DNA from: a virus
Lineage: Duplodnaviria > Caudoviricetes
Strand: one strand, 5' to 3'
IMG/VR virus record: IMGVR_UViG_3300027763_000219
Span: 1-25,551 of that record
DNA length: 25,551 nt
A program made the position numbers and the translations under genes. The notes beneath the pieces were generated by a model that had not been told where the DNA came from, searched no databases, and saw only the letters and a program-made list of their open reading frames with translations. Shown one piece after another: positions 25,119 to 25,551 of the stretch (position 1 is the stretch's first letter; each line of letters begins with the position of its first letter).

Positions 25119-25551
25119 GCTGAATATCCTCCATCGACCATCAGCACTTGGCCGGTAATGTACCGAGCCGCATCGCTGCATAGAAACAGCACCGGGCCTA
25201 CAATGTCGTCTTCGGTAGCCATACGTCCAAGAGGGACTTTCGCTGCATACCTTCTGTTGAAGTTATCTGAATGGCCCCTGAAAATTCCGCCGGGACAGAT
25301 ACAGTTACTCCGCACCGGAGCGAGATTTGTCGATTGCCATTTGGTAAGAGCGACCATTGCTCCTTTGGACGCCGCGTACCACGCGGGGGTGGGCGGGACT
25401 TCGGTTCCTTCGTAGAGATTTGGGTCATTGCCTAATACTCCATAGATGGAACCAATGTTGACGATGCAGGATTTAGCCCGACTGGCTAGTTCATGGTGCG
25501 CTTCCCATGTGCGGCATTTAGCGTTGCAGATAACGATGTCGTAACCAGTAG
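25112..25551 (-). CDS. SDR oxidoreductase, PtmA-like, 5' end truncated by the window
   Basis: Frame open to the window edge: ...YDIVICNAK...IVNIGSIYGVLGNDPNLYEGT...WYAASKGA...NCICPGGIF...VPLGRMA...YITGQVLMVDGGYSAW; catalytic YxxxK. Confidence 0.85.
   Translation of the reverse strand, partial: TGYDIVICNAKCRTWEAHHELASRAKSCIVNIGSIYGVLGNDPNLYEGTEVPPTPAWYAASKGAMVALTKWQSTNLAPVRSNCICPGGIFRGHSDNFNRRYAAKVPLGRMATEDDIVGPVLFLCSDAARYITGQVLMVDGGYSAW

Noticed and set aside
494-25415. All plus-strand ORFs in the track (e.g. Pro-rich 5394..5855 and 6030..6338; 12876..13628; 7392..8066)
   Set aside because: They are antisense shadows of well-supported minus-strand genes; poly-Pro and poly-His stretches simply mirror Gly codons.
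1-25551. Stop-codon reassignment, introns or inteins in terL, portal or MCP
   Set aside because: Genes tile fully under the standard code using TAA, TAG and TGA stops, and core proteins are uninterrupted with plausible lengths.

Overview
The window is part of a tailed dsDNA phage genome (podovirus-like gene set). Essentially all real genes are on the minus strand and tightly packed, many with overlapping stop/start codons. In transcription order (right to left) it holds: the end of a nonulosonic-acid (sialic/legionaminic-type) biosynthesis cluster (PtmA-like SDR, NeuD-like acetyltransferase, NeuC-like epimerase); a ribbon-helix-helix protein; TerS; two small basic proteins; TerL; portal; Lys-rich proteins; a GroES-like protein; a scaffold-like protein; a highly structured ~300-nt intergenic region; capsid genes; a putative GT42/Maf-like sugar transferase between two paralogous Thr/Ser-rich virion proteins; adaptors; fibre and Gly-rich proteins; a 2OG-Fe(II) oxygenase; and tail proteins running off the left edge. 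The best candidate for a new system is phage-encoded nonulosonate glycosylation of the virion. The next best are the structured RNA-like element upstream of the capsid genes and a basic protein punctuated by nine GG motifs. All family assignments come from motif recognition by eye; no searches were run.
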